Below are positions 12,716 through 20,817 of a stretch of 24,000 nucleotides of DNA, one piece after another. The notes below the pieces were generated by a model. It was not told where the DNA came from. It saw only the letters and a list, made by a program, of their open reading frames with translations, and made no database searches. The DNA is from Methanobacteriota archaeon. GTDB lineage: Archaea; Thermoplasmatota; Thermoplasmata; RBG-16-68-12; JAFNFQ01. Where the stretch lies: positions 2,061-26,060 of the forward strand of contig JAFNFQ010000029.1 in NCBI GenBank assembly GCA_017885655.1, written 5' to 3'. Each line of letters begins with the position of its first letter. The first letter of the stretch is position 1. The translations under genes were made by a program, and so were the position numbers.

Positions 12716-15184
12716 TCAACCGTGGATCACGACGGAAATGGTTGTGGTCGAGTTCCCGCCATCGTCGTCGCGGACCGTGAGGCTCACCGCATAGGTCCCG
12801 GGTCCGGGGAAAGCGTGGCTGACCTCCGCCATGGCGGTGAACGGGAAGGTACCGCCTGGGCTCTCTGGCGGGTCCGGCCCGACGCCGTCGTTGAACACGG
12901 TCGAGTTCTGGGGCGTGCTGTTATCCCCAAAGTCCCACTCGAACGTGATGTCGTCGCTTCCTGGGTCCACTGCCGCCGCCTTGAAGCGAACCGCCAGCCT
13001 CGCCACATACGGCGTGAGGTCCACCTCCCACACGTAGGTCCCGGGGTGGTTGACGTTGAACGTGTGGTGTATCCTGACTGGCTCTTCTCCCGGAGACCCG
13101 ACCATGATCCACACGGGGTTCGCGCCATTCGGCTGCCCGTTGATCGGGTCGTCCTCCGGCGTGTACACGATCCTCGCGGAGTAGTTGGCCGAGAGGAACA
13201 GATTCGTCACGTTCGTTGACATCGCCTGATCATCGGGAGAGCCCGGCATCCTGACGATGCGCAGATGGCCGAGCACCGTGTCGTTGATGAAGAAGATGCC
13301 CTCGACGTCGTGCCACTTCTCTCCCGCAACGCGCAGCGTGAACATCCCTGGACGATTGACCTGGACGATCCGCGCGGTCGGCGCGACATTCCTGACGATG
13401 ACCGCTGTCTCATACACCACAAAGGCGCCGTTCTCATCTGTCACAGTGAGGCGGACCGTGTAGTTGCCGTCATCCCCGTACAGGAAGTCGGCGGTGCTGG
13501 TGGCGCTCATCGGCGATCCCGTTGCTGGGAATGTCTCATCCAGGGTGGGCCCGAGTTCGAACTCCCAATGGAATGAGAGGCTGTCGTTGCCCGGATCTGT
13601 TGCGGTGGCGGTCATGCTGCCGGGCGATCCCTCATCAACATAGACCGGTCCGAAGGGGATAATCGTCGGAGGAACATTCTGAATGTGGATCGAGAATGCG
13701 ACCCCGAGGCCACCGCCATCGTCATCCTGAACCGTCAACTCCCCGGCATAGTCCCCGTCTTGCGGGTAGAATGCCGTGAATGTGGATGTGGCGGCGAACG
13801 GGAATGCCCCGAGCGGGCTCTGCGGCGGGTCAGGGCCGGCCCCATCGTTGTAGAACACCCTCGACTCCACGTCGCCGTTTCCGAAGTCCACGGTGAAATG
13901 GAGGTCATCGCTCCCCGGGTCCTGTGCGGTTGCTGTCATGTCGACGTGCGACCCCTCGTCTGCAGTGGCTGGGAATGAAAGTGCGATGATTGTCGGCGGG
14001 AGGTTCTGCACGACCGCGAGCTTCCCTCCGAGCATCCCGACACCGCCATCGTCGTCGGCCGCGATGATCTCGAGCGGGAAGCTGCCGTCATCTCCGTAAG
14101 TCCGCGTGGCGGTCACCGCCTGTCCGCTCGGGTTGAACCACGTGCCGATGAATTCCGGCGGGAGGCCGTCTCCCCAATCCACCGTGACATTCACCGGATC
14201 TGCTCCTGGGTCGGTGACGCTGAACTGCAGCGTGATCATACCGCCCTCTGAAGAATCCGTGACTGAGCCGAAGGTTATTGACGGGGGGACATTCTTCACA
14301 CCAACGTCGGCCAACGTGGAATTCTGCAGTTTGCCATCGGAGACCGTGAGCTTCGCTCTTCCCTTGAAGTCGTCAGGATATGTGTGGCTGACCGTGGCGT
14401 TCATCGTCGTGATGTCCGTGGTGCCGTCGTTCTCGAAGTCCCATGAGTAGGTGAGCGCATCGCCATCGGGGTCATAGGAACCGCTCGCGTTGAACAGGAT
14501 CGGAGACCCCTCGGTGCCGATGTACGGCCCGCCGCCGTTCGCCACAGGAGGCTTGTTGCATGCGCTCCCAATCGTGACCTGCCCAGTCATCGAGAGCGGG
14601 ATATGGGTCCCGTCACCGTCGACCCAGCGCTGGTAGCGCGCCGGGTCCGGGCCATAGTGTGTCAGGTCCACCTTCAGGGTCCACTCGCTGCTCGTCGGCA
14701 GCGGTCCAAGAGCGCCGCCGTCCGTGTTGGTGAAGTAATGGAACTGGCCCTGGGGATTGCGCGCCAGGTTGAACTCCCCGGGGTCGTCGGAGACCGCCAC
14801 TGAAGCTCCTGCCGGGATTCCCTGTAGCTCAACATCCGTCAGCGCATCAGGCGTTCCGCTCCCGTCGACGTTGAAGTGGAATACGAAGTACAGCTTGCTG
14901 CTCCCCGTGTCAAGATAGAGATAGAGCACGCTCACGTAGGCCTCAACGAACGGCGTGTGTGCGCTATCGCTGTAGTAGTTGTAGAACGAGCTGACTGTCT
15001 GCGCTCGCTCGACGGGCTCTACTGGATGGTCCGACCCGCCCTGGGTGACCTCGAACAAGCAGGGCAGCGTCACCGTCTGAGGCGACGGCGGCTGCGGCAT
15101 GTTGTAGCCAGAAATGGAATTCACGAAGAGGCACCCGACCAAAAGTGCGGCAATAATCCTCACGGTCCCCGCCTCCAGACCCAT
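12716..15184 (-). CDS. Secreted PKD-repeat surface protein
   Basis: Start placed at ATG 15184 (MGLEAGTVRIIAALLVGCLFVNSISG, signal-like). ATG 15247 or GTG 15301 are possible. At least six PKD-type modules with WDF/FDFG-type motifs (YSWDFENDG, VDWGDG, FTVDFGNGD, FHWEFELG, FEWDFGDNS) and V.L.V.DD.GG endings. Confidence 0.85.
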   Translation of the reverse strand: MGLEAGTVRIIAALLVGCLFVNSISGYNMPQPPSPQTVTLPCLFEVTQGGSDHPVEPVERAQTVSSFYNYYSDSAHTPFVEAYVSVLYLYLDTGSSKLYFVFHFNVDGSGTPDALTDVELQGIPAGASVAVSDDPGEFNLARNPQGQFHYFTNTDGGALGPLPTSSEWTLKVDLTHYGPDPARYQRWVDGDGTHIPLSMTGQVTIGSACNKPPVANGGGPYIGTEGSPILFNASGSYDPDGDALTYSWDFENDGTTDITTMNATVSHTYPDDFKGRAKLTVSDGKLQNSTLADVGVKNVPPSITFGSVTDSSEGGMITLQFSVTDPGADPVNVTVDWGDGLPPEFIGTWFNPSGQAVTATRTYGDDGSFPLEIIAADDDGGVGMLGGKLAVVQNLPPTIIALSFPATADEGSHVDMTATAQDPGSDDLHFTVDFGNGDVESRVFYNDGAGPDPPQSPLGAFPFAATSTFTAFYPQDGDYAGELTVQDDDGGGLGVAFSIHIQNVPPTIIPFGPVYVDEGSPGSMTATATDPGNDSLSFHWEFELGPTLDETFPATGSPMSATSTADFLYGDDGNYTVRLTVTDENGAFVVYETAVIVRNVAPTARIVQVNRPGMFTLRVAGEKWHDVEGIFFINDTVLGHLRIVRMPGSPDDQAMSTNVTNLFLSANYSARIVYTPEDDPINGQPNGANPVWIMVGSPGEEPVRIHHTFNVNHPGTYVWEVDLTPYVARLAVRFKAAAVDPGSDDITFEWDFGDNSTPQNSTVFNDGVGPDPPESPGGTFPFTAMAEVSHAFPGPGTYAVSLTVRDDDGGNSTTTISVVIHG

Positions 15185-15426
15185 GAGTCCAGATTCGCTG
15201 GCAAGCTCATAAGTCTTTTGTAGAGCGTGGGGCGCGGTGGTCTGCATGCTGGGTAGTGGTGCAGAATGAAGGATCGCGAGATTGCGGGGAGGAATTCGCA
15301 CCGGCGAGAGAGATTCCCTGCTTCCTCATGATGAAGTTGAGGAAAGGCACCGCAAGGTCGAATAATCCCCGGTCCAAGTAGAAAGCGTGGCTCCCGCGTC
15401 AGTCCTCTTGTTCACCTGATCGCAGC

Positions 15427-15603
15427 CTAGTCCTTTGCCGCCTTCTTTCTCGCATTGCCTTCGAGCGATATCCCCTTCACCCTGACGTCCCCTTGCCTGC
15501 AATCCTCTTCGAGGTATGTGACGTAGCCCGAGCCGACGTTCAAGTGCACCACGTGCACCTTCTTGTTCACCTTGATCAGGGGCTTCGTCGCCTTCTTCTT
15601 CAT
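15427..15603 (-). CDS. Hypothetical small basic protein (58 aa)
   Basis: ATG 15603 (MKKKATKPLIKVNKKVHVVHLNVGSGYVTYLEEDCRQGDVRVKGISLEGNARKKAAKD). Lys-rich N- and C-terminal tails flank a short core that looks beta-rich. TTTAAG-type box at ~15640-15647. The track ORF start (TTG 15624) is less likely. Confidence 0.5.
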   Translation of the reverse strand: MKKKATKPLIKVNKKVHVVHLNVGSGYVTYLEEDCRQGDVRVKGISLEGNARKKAAKD

Positions 15604-15723
15604 CTTGGCTTCCTTGCGCTCCAATACCCACGGGGGCTACTTAAAGGGTCTGCCGAGAATATCAAGCGTTGTCGTGCACGAATGCGAATTGGACTTCGAT
15701 GCATCCGGAGCAAGCTCGGGCGA

Positions 15724-16266
15724 GTGCGGTGGAAGCCGCTCCAGTGTGGGGGGAGCAGCTCCGCGTGTGGATGGAGGTCGGACGAGCGTGGGGCGAGCTG
15801 CTCCACATGTGGGCGGAGTCGCTCCGAGTGTGGAGGAAGTTCGTCCGCGTGTGGATGGATTCTCACCAAGTGTGGACGGAGTCTCGGAACACTCGGACCG
15901 AGCTTCGAAACATCGTCGCGGATGCGGAAAACTGCACCGGAAGCCCCGGAGAGTGTGGAGCGAGCCGCTCCGTGTGTGGACGGAGTTCCTCCGCACGTGG
16001 ATGAAGCCGGTCCGCGTGTGGACGGGTCCTCTCCACGTGTGGACCGAGGCCGGGCGAGTGTGGGCGGAGTCTCTCCGCGTGTGGACGGAGGCGGAGCGAG
16101 TGTGGACGGAGCCCGGGAACATTCTCGCGTATATACGCGCAAGTATCGATATCCCCGGAAAACGCGGACGGAGTCCGTGCGCGTGTGGACGGAGTGTCTC
16201 CACATGTGGACGGAGGCGGAGCGCGTGTGGACGGAGTCCGTGCGAGTGTGGTTGAATGGGCCCCTG
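15724..16266. repeat. Phased 21-bp degenerate tandem-repeat array II (~26 unit positions, 12-nt core GTGTGGACGGAG plus 9-nt variable part, often ..CTCCRC)
   Basis: Core starts read by hand at 15724, 15744, 15765, 15786, 15807, 15828, 15849, 15870, (15891, 15912, 15933 degenerate), 15953, 15974, 15995, 16016, 16037, 16058, 16079, 16100, (16121-16161 non-repeat insert), 16162, 16183, 16204, 16225, 16246. The phase holds at 21 nt apart from three 20-nt units. Confidence 0.85.
16126..16139. promoter_or_regulatory. Perfect 14-bp palindrome CGCGTATATACGCG (TATA-containing) inside the repeat array
   Basis: The only A/T-rich patch in array II. It sits in a 41-nt non-repeat insert (16121-16161) that also contains ATCGAT. 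The insert spans almost exactly two repeat units, so the array phase is preserved. Confidence 0.35.
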
Positions 16267-16467
16267 TATGGGGTGGGATGCGCACCGATGGAGGATTCCT
16301 CGATCCCAACGGCCTCCGATTGGCCCTCGTCGCTTTCGCATAAGGCGATTATCCCATTCGCATGATGCAAGATTCTTCCGACCAGCGTCCGGATGAAGAT
16401 CATATCCACCACCCACTCCGCTCAATCGACCATCCGGGTCCGTGCATAGCCCTGCGTGTGAAACTGC

Positions 16468-16474
16468 TAAATAG
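16468..16474 (+). promoter_or_regulatory. TATA-like box (TAAATAG) of the SBBP-repeat gene
   Basis: Lies 36 nt upstream of ATG 16510. The heptamer is identical to the one upstream of the Ubl operon. Confidence 0.4.
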
Positions 16475-16509
16475 AGATTCGACAGGTAGACATCCGCTTG
16501 CATCCGCGA

Positions 16510-19500
16510 ATGTCTCGCGCTGGTCAGCCATATGATGCGACTAGGCATGCGCACCCAGGCGGCATCCTGGCCGTGTCGGCATCGGTGGCCTTCATCCTCG
16601 TGTCGAGCCTGACAGCAGTCCCGCTGCTGCAGACCGCCCCCCCTTCGGGCGATGGCGGGAGCAGGGCAATGTCCCAGGAGACGGTCGTGCGGAGCCTTTC
16701 CGGAGACTACGTCATCGAGAACGCCGGTCAAGTCGCGGACGGTGTAAGATTTTATTCGATGGGGAATCCCTCGGCTGGATTCCGCGATGACGGCGTGGTG
16801 TTCGTACTGTCTGACGAGATGAAGGCGCAAGATGGGACGGAGAGTGATCAGGTACTCCAGCACGCCCGCCCAGCCCTTTTCGAAGCGGTGCAACGAACCG
16901 TCTCGGTCGCCTACCTCCTCCGCTTCGAGGGGGAGAACGAGGTCAGGCCGGTCGGCAGAGACCGCCTGCCTTTCGATAGCAACTTCTTCCTTGGAGACGA
17001 TTCGGCCAGGTGGAAGGTTAATGTCCCCAGTTACGAGGAGGTCGTTTACGAGAATCTCTATGATGGCATCGACCTCGTCTACCGCCCGATCGAGCACGGA
17101 GTGAAATACGAGTTCCTCCTGAGTCCCGGGGCGGACCCGCGCTCGATCAGCCTGAGGTATGAGGGAATCGAGTCTCTTGAAGTCAGAGCGGACGGAATAG
17201 CGGTTGCGACAACATCAGGTGAAATCCTGGACTCCGCACCTTACTCGTTCCAAGAAGGCGGGGCTGAAGTCCATTGCGTTTTCTCGTTCCGCAGTCCCAG
17301 CTCCTATGGCTTCGACTGCGCCGGATGGGACGGGACTTCGCTCCTGACCATCGACCCTCTGATCTACTCCACTTTCCTTGGCGGGAGCGGCTGGGACCAA
17401 GGTTACTCCATCAAGGTAGACAGCAATGGAAACGCCTATGTGACCGGACAGACTCGGTCAGCCAATTTCCCCACGACGCCCGGTGCATACGACACCACTC
17501 GCGGCGGAACGGACGACGCCTACGTGACGAAGCTGAGCTCAGACGGGACATCGCTGGTCTATTCCACGTATGTTGGCGGAGGCAGTACTGATGTTGGTCT
17601 CTCCATAGCCCTGGACGCGAATGGCAACGCGTGCATAGCGGGTGAAACCCTGTCCTCTGACTTCCCGACCACTCCTGGCGCCTTCAGCAGGACTTATCAT
17701 GGTAAGTCCGATGGATTCGTCACGAAGCTGAATTCGGATGGAAACGCTCTCCTGTTCTCTACTTACATCGGCGGGGCGGAAAACGACACCTGGCCAACTG
17801 TGGCGGTCGATACCGCGGATAATGTCTATGTTGCAGGCATCACCAAATCAGTGGATTTCCCCGTCACACCAGGAGCGTTCGACGTCTCGTACAACTCTGG
17901 TGGTTCGGACGCGTTCGCTATGAAGCTGAACTCGACAGGCATGGCCCTGATCTATTCCACCTTCCTTGGCGGGAACGATGCGGACTTTGCCTACTCGATT
18001 GCGGTGGACACCGCCATGAACGCGTATGTGACAGGGGGCGCCTGGTCTGTCGACTTCCCGACCACGCCAAGCGCCTTCGATAGATTGCAGAGCGGCTCTT
18101 GCGATGTCTTCGTCACGAAGATTAGCGTCACAGGCGGTTCCCTCGACTATTCCACCTTCCTAGGGGGAGGCGGTTTCGACGTCGGGCTCAGCATCGCGGT
18201 CGATTCCTCGGGGCTGGCCTTCGTGACCGGGTCGATAGACTCGCTGAACTTCCCCGTGACCCCCGGCGCGTACGACTCCTCTTTCAACGGAGGTCTCTAC
18301 GATGCCTTCATCGCGAAGCTGAATTCGGGCGGGAGCTCGCTGCTATACTCGACCTATTTTGGCGGTGGGAACGGTGAGTTCGGGAACGCCATCGCGGTCG
18401 ATTCGGCGGGGAACGCCTACATAACGGGCGGTACCGACTCGAATGACCTCCCAGTCACACCTGGTGCTTTTGATACATCTTACAATGACCTCATGGACGC
18501 ATTCGTCACGGAGATGAACGGGACTGGATCCCTCGCCAACTCCACCTACCTTGGCGGGAGCGGCACAGAAGGATACCTGAACTTCCTGACCGTCGACCCT
18601 ATCGGTGAAATCTACGTGACCGGCATCACGAACTCCACGGATTTCCCGATCACGCCAGGCGCCTTCGACACGACAGTCGATCCCAACAGGGATGGTTATG
18701 TCACGAAACTGGGCCCACTGTTCCCGGATCTCGCGGTCGGTCAGCGGGACATAGCATTCGACCCGCCAGGGCCCGTGATGGTCGGCACAACGGTCACGAT
18801 AAACGCGACCATCGATAACCTTGGGTCATCTGATGCCATCGGTGTCATTGTCAGGTTCCACGATGGTCCGCCGTCCGGCTCGAACCAGATAGGATCCGAC
18901 CAGGTCATAGCGTTTCTCCCGGCTCCGGGCGGCACTGGGCTCGCCTCGGTTGTGTGGATTGCGGACCCGCCCGGGATGCACAATATTTGTGTAGTCGCAG
19001 ACCCTGATAATAGAATAGCCGAAAGCAATGAAGCTAATAATCTGGCCTGCCGCAGATTCCCGGTTCTGACAACTTACACTCTCCCGCTCACCCCTGGCCA
19101 CCGGTTCGTGTCGTTCCCGCTCAAGCCTGTCCCTGATGACGTCGCGTCAGTGCTGAGTTCGCTTTCCGGTTGCTACGACTACATCCGCTGGTATGATGCG
19201 CTCGATCCGAGCGACCATTGGAAGTCCTACGAGCCCGCAAGGGGATACAACGACATAGAGCGACTGGATAACACCATGGGCTTCTGGATGAACGTCACAA
19301 TCGCTTGCGATTTCATTGTGACCGGCTACCCCGAGAGACTCACCATGCTCTCCCTTTACGCCGGCTGGAACATGGTCGGCTATCCGTCTTTCAACACGTC
19401 TTACACCGTGGCGGACCTCAAGGCCGCAATCGGCCTTGCTGGCGTGATCGTCGAGACGTTCGATGCGAGCGCTGCCCCGTACTATCTGCAGAGAGCGCCG

Positions 19501-19578
19501 GACAGATACACGTTTGCGGCGGGAGAGGGCTACTGGATATTCGTGCCATCTGATGTCGACTGGGCAGTCTATGGTTGA
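16510..19578 (+). CDS. Large surface protein: signal/TM, conserved N-terminal domain, SBBP beta-propeller repeats, CARDB-like domain, C-terminal beta-rich domain
   Basis: ATG 16510 (the track start at 16498 is TTG). Hydrophobic ILAVSASVAFILVSSLTAV. More than 10 repeats of the pattern YSTFLGG...D.G..IAVD..GNAYVTG.T.S.DFP.TPGAFD.......DAFV.KLN..G. Then PDLAV....F.P......G..V.I.A.I.N.G (CARDB-like). Confidence 0.88.
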   Translation: MSRAGQPYDATRHAHPGGILAVSASVAFILVSSLTAVPLLQTAPPSGDGGSRAMSQETVVRSLSGDYVIENAGQVADGVRFYSMGNPSAGFRDDGVVFVLSDEMKAQDGTESDQVLQHARPALFEAVQRTVSVAYLLRFEGENEVRPVGRDRLPFDSNFFLGDDSARWKVNVPSYEEVVYENLYDGIDLVYRPIEHGVKYEFLLSPGADPRSISLRYEGIESLEVRADGIAVATTSGEILDSAPYSFQEGGAEVHCVFSFRSPSSYGFDCAGWDGTSLLTIDPLIYSTFLGGSGWDQGYSIKVDSNGNAYVTGQTRSANFPTTPGAYDTTRGGTDDAYVTKLSSDGTSLVYSTYVGGGSTDVGLSIALDANGNACIAGETLSSDFPTTPGAFSRTYHGKSDGFVTKLNSDGNALLFSTYIGGAENDTWPTVAVDTADNVYVAGITKSVDFPVTPGAFDVSYNSGGSDAFAMKLNSTGMALIYSTFLGGNDADFAYSIAVDTAMNAYVTGGAWSVDFPTTPSAFDRLQSGSCDVFVTKISVTGGSLDYSTFLGGGGFDVGLSIAVDSSGLAFVTGSIDSLNFPVTPGAYDSSFNGGLYDAFIAKLNSGGSSLLYSTYFGGGNGEFGNAIAVDSAGNAYITGGTDSNDLPVTPGAFDTSYNDLMDAFVTEMNGTGSLANSTYLGGSGTEGYLNFLTVDPIGEIYVTGITNSTDFPITPGAFDTTVDPNRDGYVTKLGPLFPDLAVGQRDIAFDPPGPVMVGTTVTINATIDNLGSSDAIGVIVRFHDGPPSGSNQIGSDQVIAFLPAPGGTGLASVVWIADPPGMHNICVVADPDNRIAESNEANNLACRRFPVLTTYTLPLTPGHRFVSFPLKPVPDDVASVLSSLSGCYDYIRWYDALDPSDHWKSYEPARGYNDIERLDNTMGFWMNVTIACDFIVTGYPERLTMLSLYAGWNMVGYPSFNTSYTVADLKAAIGLAGVIVETFDASAAPYYLQRAPDRYTFAAGEGYWIFVPSDVDWAVYG

Positions 19579-19606
19579 GGCGCAGGGCGACTCGGGTCTT
19601 TCCTGC

Positions 19607-20677
19607 TCAAGCATGTTTCCTGTTGAGTCTCACGCTGAGGAGCGCGACCACGACGATTGCCGCCACCGCAATCATCAGGCCGATCCAGAGACCTGACCAA
19701 TCGGCCGTCTCGCCTCCCCCCAGGCTGAACTTGACTATCTCGTCCAGTGGAAGGATCACGTTGCTCAGCCCTCCGAAGATATAGGCTGCGTTCCCGTCCC
19801 AGATGGCGGTCGTCATCTCGCGGGGTCCGGGGAGTTTCTCTGCGAGCAGCTTGACCTCGCCGGTGGCGGGAGTGAACCGCACGATGTCCGCGATTGCGGT
19901 GGCGCCGTTGTTGCCACCGAAGATGTACGCGTTCTCCCCGTCCCAGACCGCCGAGGTGTGGAACCTTGGGCTTGGCAGAGTTGCATCCACTTGGGTCATC
20001 GTGTCCGTTTGCGGATCATACTTCAGAATTTGATTCGATGCCCCGGCGTTGGTCTTGCCCCCGAAGATGAAAATGTCAGTCCCCGTCCACACTGCAGAAG
20101 TGCCGCCCGAGCCCACGGGCATCCTCGCGGACATCAGAGAGAACGCGTCAGTCGTCGTGTTGTATTTGAACACCCTCGCCTCGATTGCCGTCCCGTTGTG
20201 CCCGCCGAATATGTATGCGTCATGCCCATCCCATACCGCCGCCGCACCGATGCGCGTGGTCGGAAGTCTGGCATTCATCAATGTCGTGACGTGGTTGACC
20301 GGATCGTAGCGGAAGATCCGGGATTGCCTGGAGCTGCTGTTCTCTCCCGCGAATATGTAGACATCATGTTCGTCCCAGACGGCGGGAGATGTCATCGTTG
20401 CATCTGGGAGGACTCCTCTGAAACTCGCGTCATTCGCCGACGTGTTGTAGGCGACGATATCGGCGAAAACGTCGATGTCATTGGTGCCGCCGAATACGAG
20501 TGCCTCGGTATCGTCCCAAACTGCTGATGCGCGGCAGAGCGCTTGGGGCAAACGCGCTGCCACCTCGACGGAGATTCCCGGGGCAGCTTCAGTACTTGGG
20601 GCAAGAACCGCCGCGGAGACGATGACTCCGAGGACGAGCAGACAGACCCCACTTTTGCGGATCGGATTGTCTCTCAC
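19607..20677 (-). CDS. Kelch-repeat beta-propeller protein with signal peptide and C-terminal TM anchor
   Basis: GTG start at 20677 (no in-frame ATG nearby), with GATTAAT about 25 nt upstream. N-terminal VCLLVLGVIVSAAVLA. Six repeats of the type SAVWDG..AYIFGG. C-terminal LWIGLMIAVAAIVVVALLSVRLNRK. Confidence 0.85.
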   Translation of the reverse strand: MRDNPIRKSGVCLLVLGVIVSAAVLAPSTEAAPGISVEVAARLPQALCRASAVWDDTEALVFGGTNDIDVFADIVAYNTSANDASFRGVLPDATMTSPAVWDEHDVYIFAGENSSSRQSRIFRYDPVNHVTTLMNARLPTTRIGAAAVWDGHDAYIFGGHNGTAIEARVFKYNTTTDAFSLMSARMPVGSGGTSAVWTGTDIFIFGGKTNAGASNQILKYDPQTDTMTQVDATLPSPRFHTSAVWDGENAYIFGGNNGATAIADIVRFTPATGEVKLLAEKLPGPREMTTAIWDGNAAYIFGGLSNVILPLDEIVKFSLGGGETADWSGLWIGLMIAVAAIVVVALLSVRLNRKHA

Positions 20678-20817
20678 GAGGTCCAGAGATACGACGCGAT
20701 TAATCCCTTTTTCGGATTATTGACGCACACACTGAATATTGCCATCTTGGCGCGAGCCGCCCTCCAGCCCCGGAAAGAATCATATAGTTGCGTTCGGCTG
20801 TGCCACCGGGAAGTAAT

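Noticed and set aside
11896-13219. ORFs 12113..13219+, 12117..12794+, 12183..12719-, 11896..12453- in the gap upstream of the PKD gene 3' end
   Set aside because: These are Arg/Pro/Ser-rich translations of array I and of the antisense strand of the PKD gene. Several mutually overlapping frames are open, and there are no motifs or credible starts.
15724-16266. CRISPR array interpretation of the repeats
   Set aside because: The period is only 21 bp, with 12-nt cores and 9-nt variable parts. Real CRISPR repeats and spacers are each far longer. The cores are degenerate rather than near-identical, and no cas genes or leader are present in the window.
16100-16266. Chromosomal replication origin (ORB-like boxes flanking an A/T-rich element)
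   Set aside because: I kept it only as a minor alternative inside a finding. The A/T-rich patch is ~40 nt, much shorter than typical unwinding elements. No orc1/cdc6 gene is adjacent, and the repeat core differs from the ORB consensus sequences I know.
15493-17097. Six overlapping ORFs (15493..16365+, 15563..16255+, 15669..16004+, 15600..16412-, 15637..17097-, 15863..16309-) that could suggest heptad-repeat proteins
   Set aside because: All six frames are open simultaneously across the 21-bp array. The conservation is a 12-nt block plus a 9-nt variable part rather than codon-periodic. The 20-nt units break any single frame. The 486-aa minus ORF also runs antisense into the SBBP gene. These are composition artefacts.
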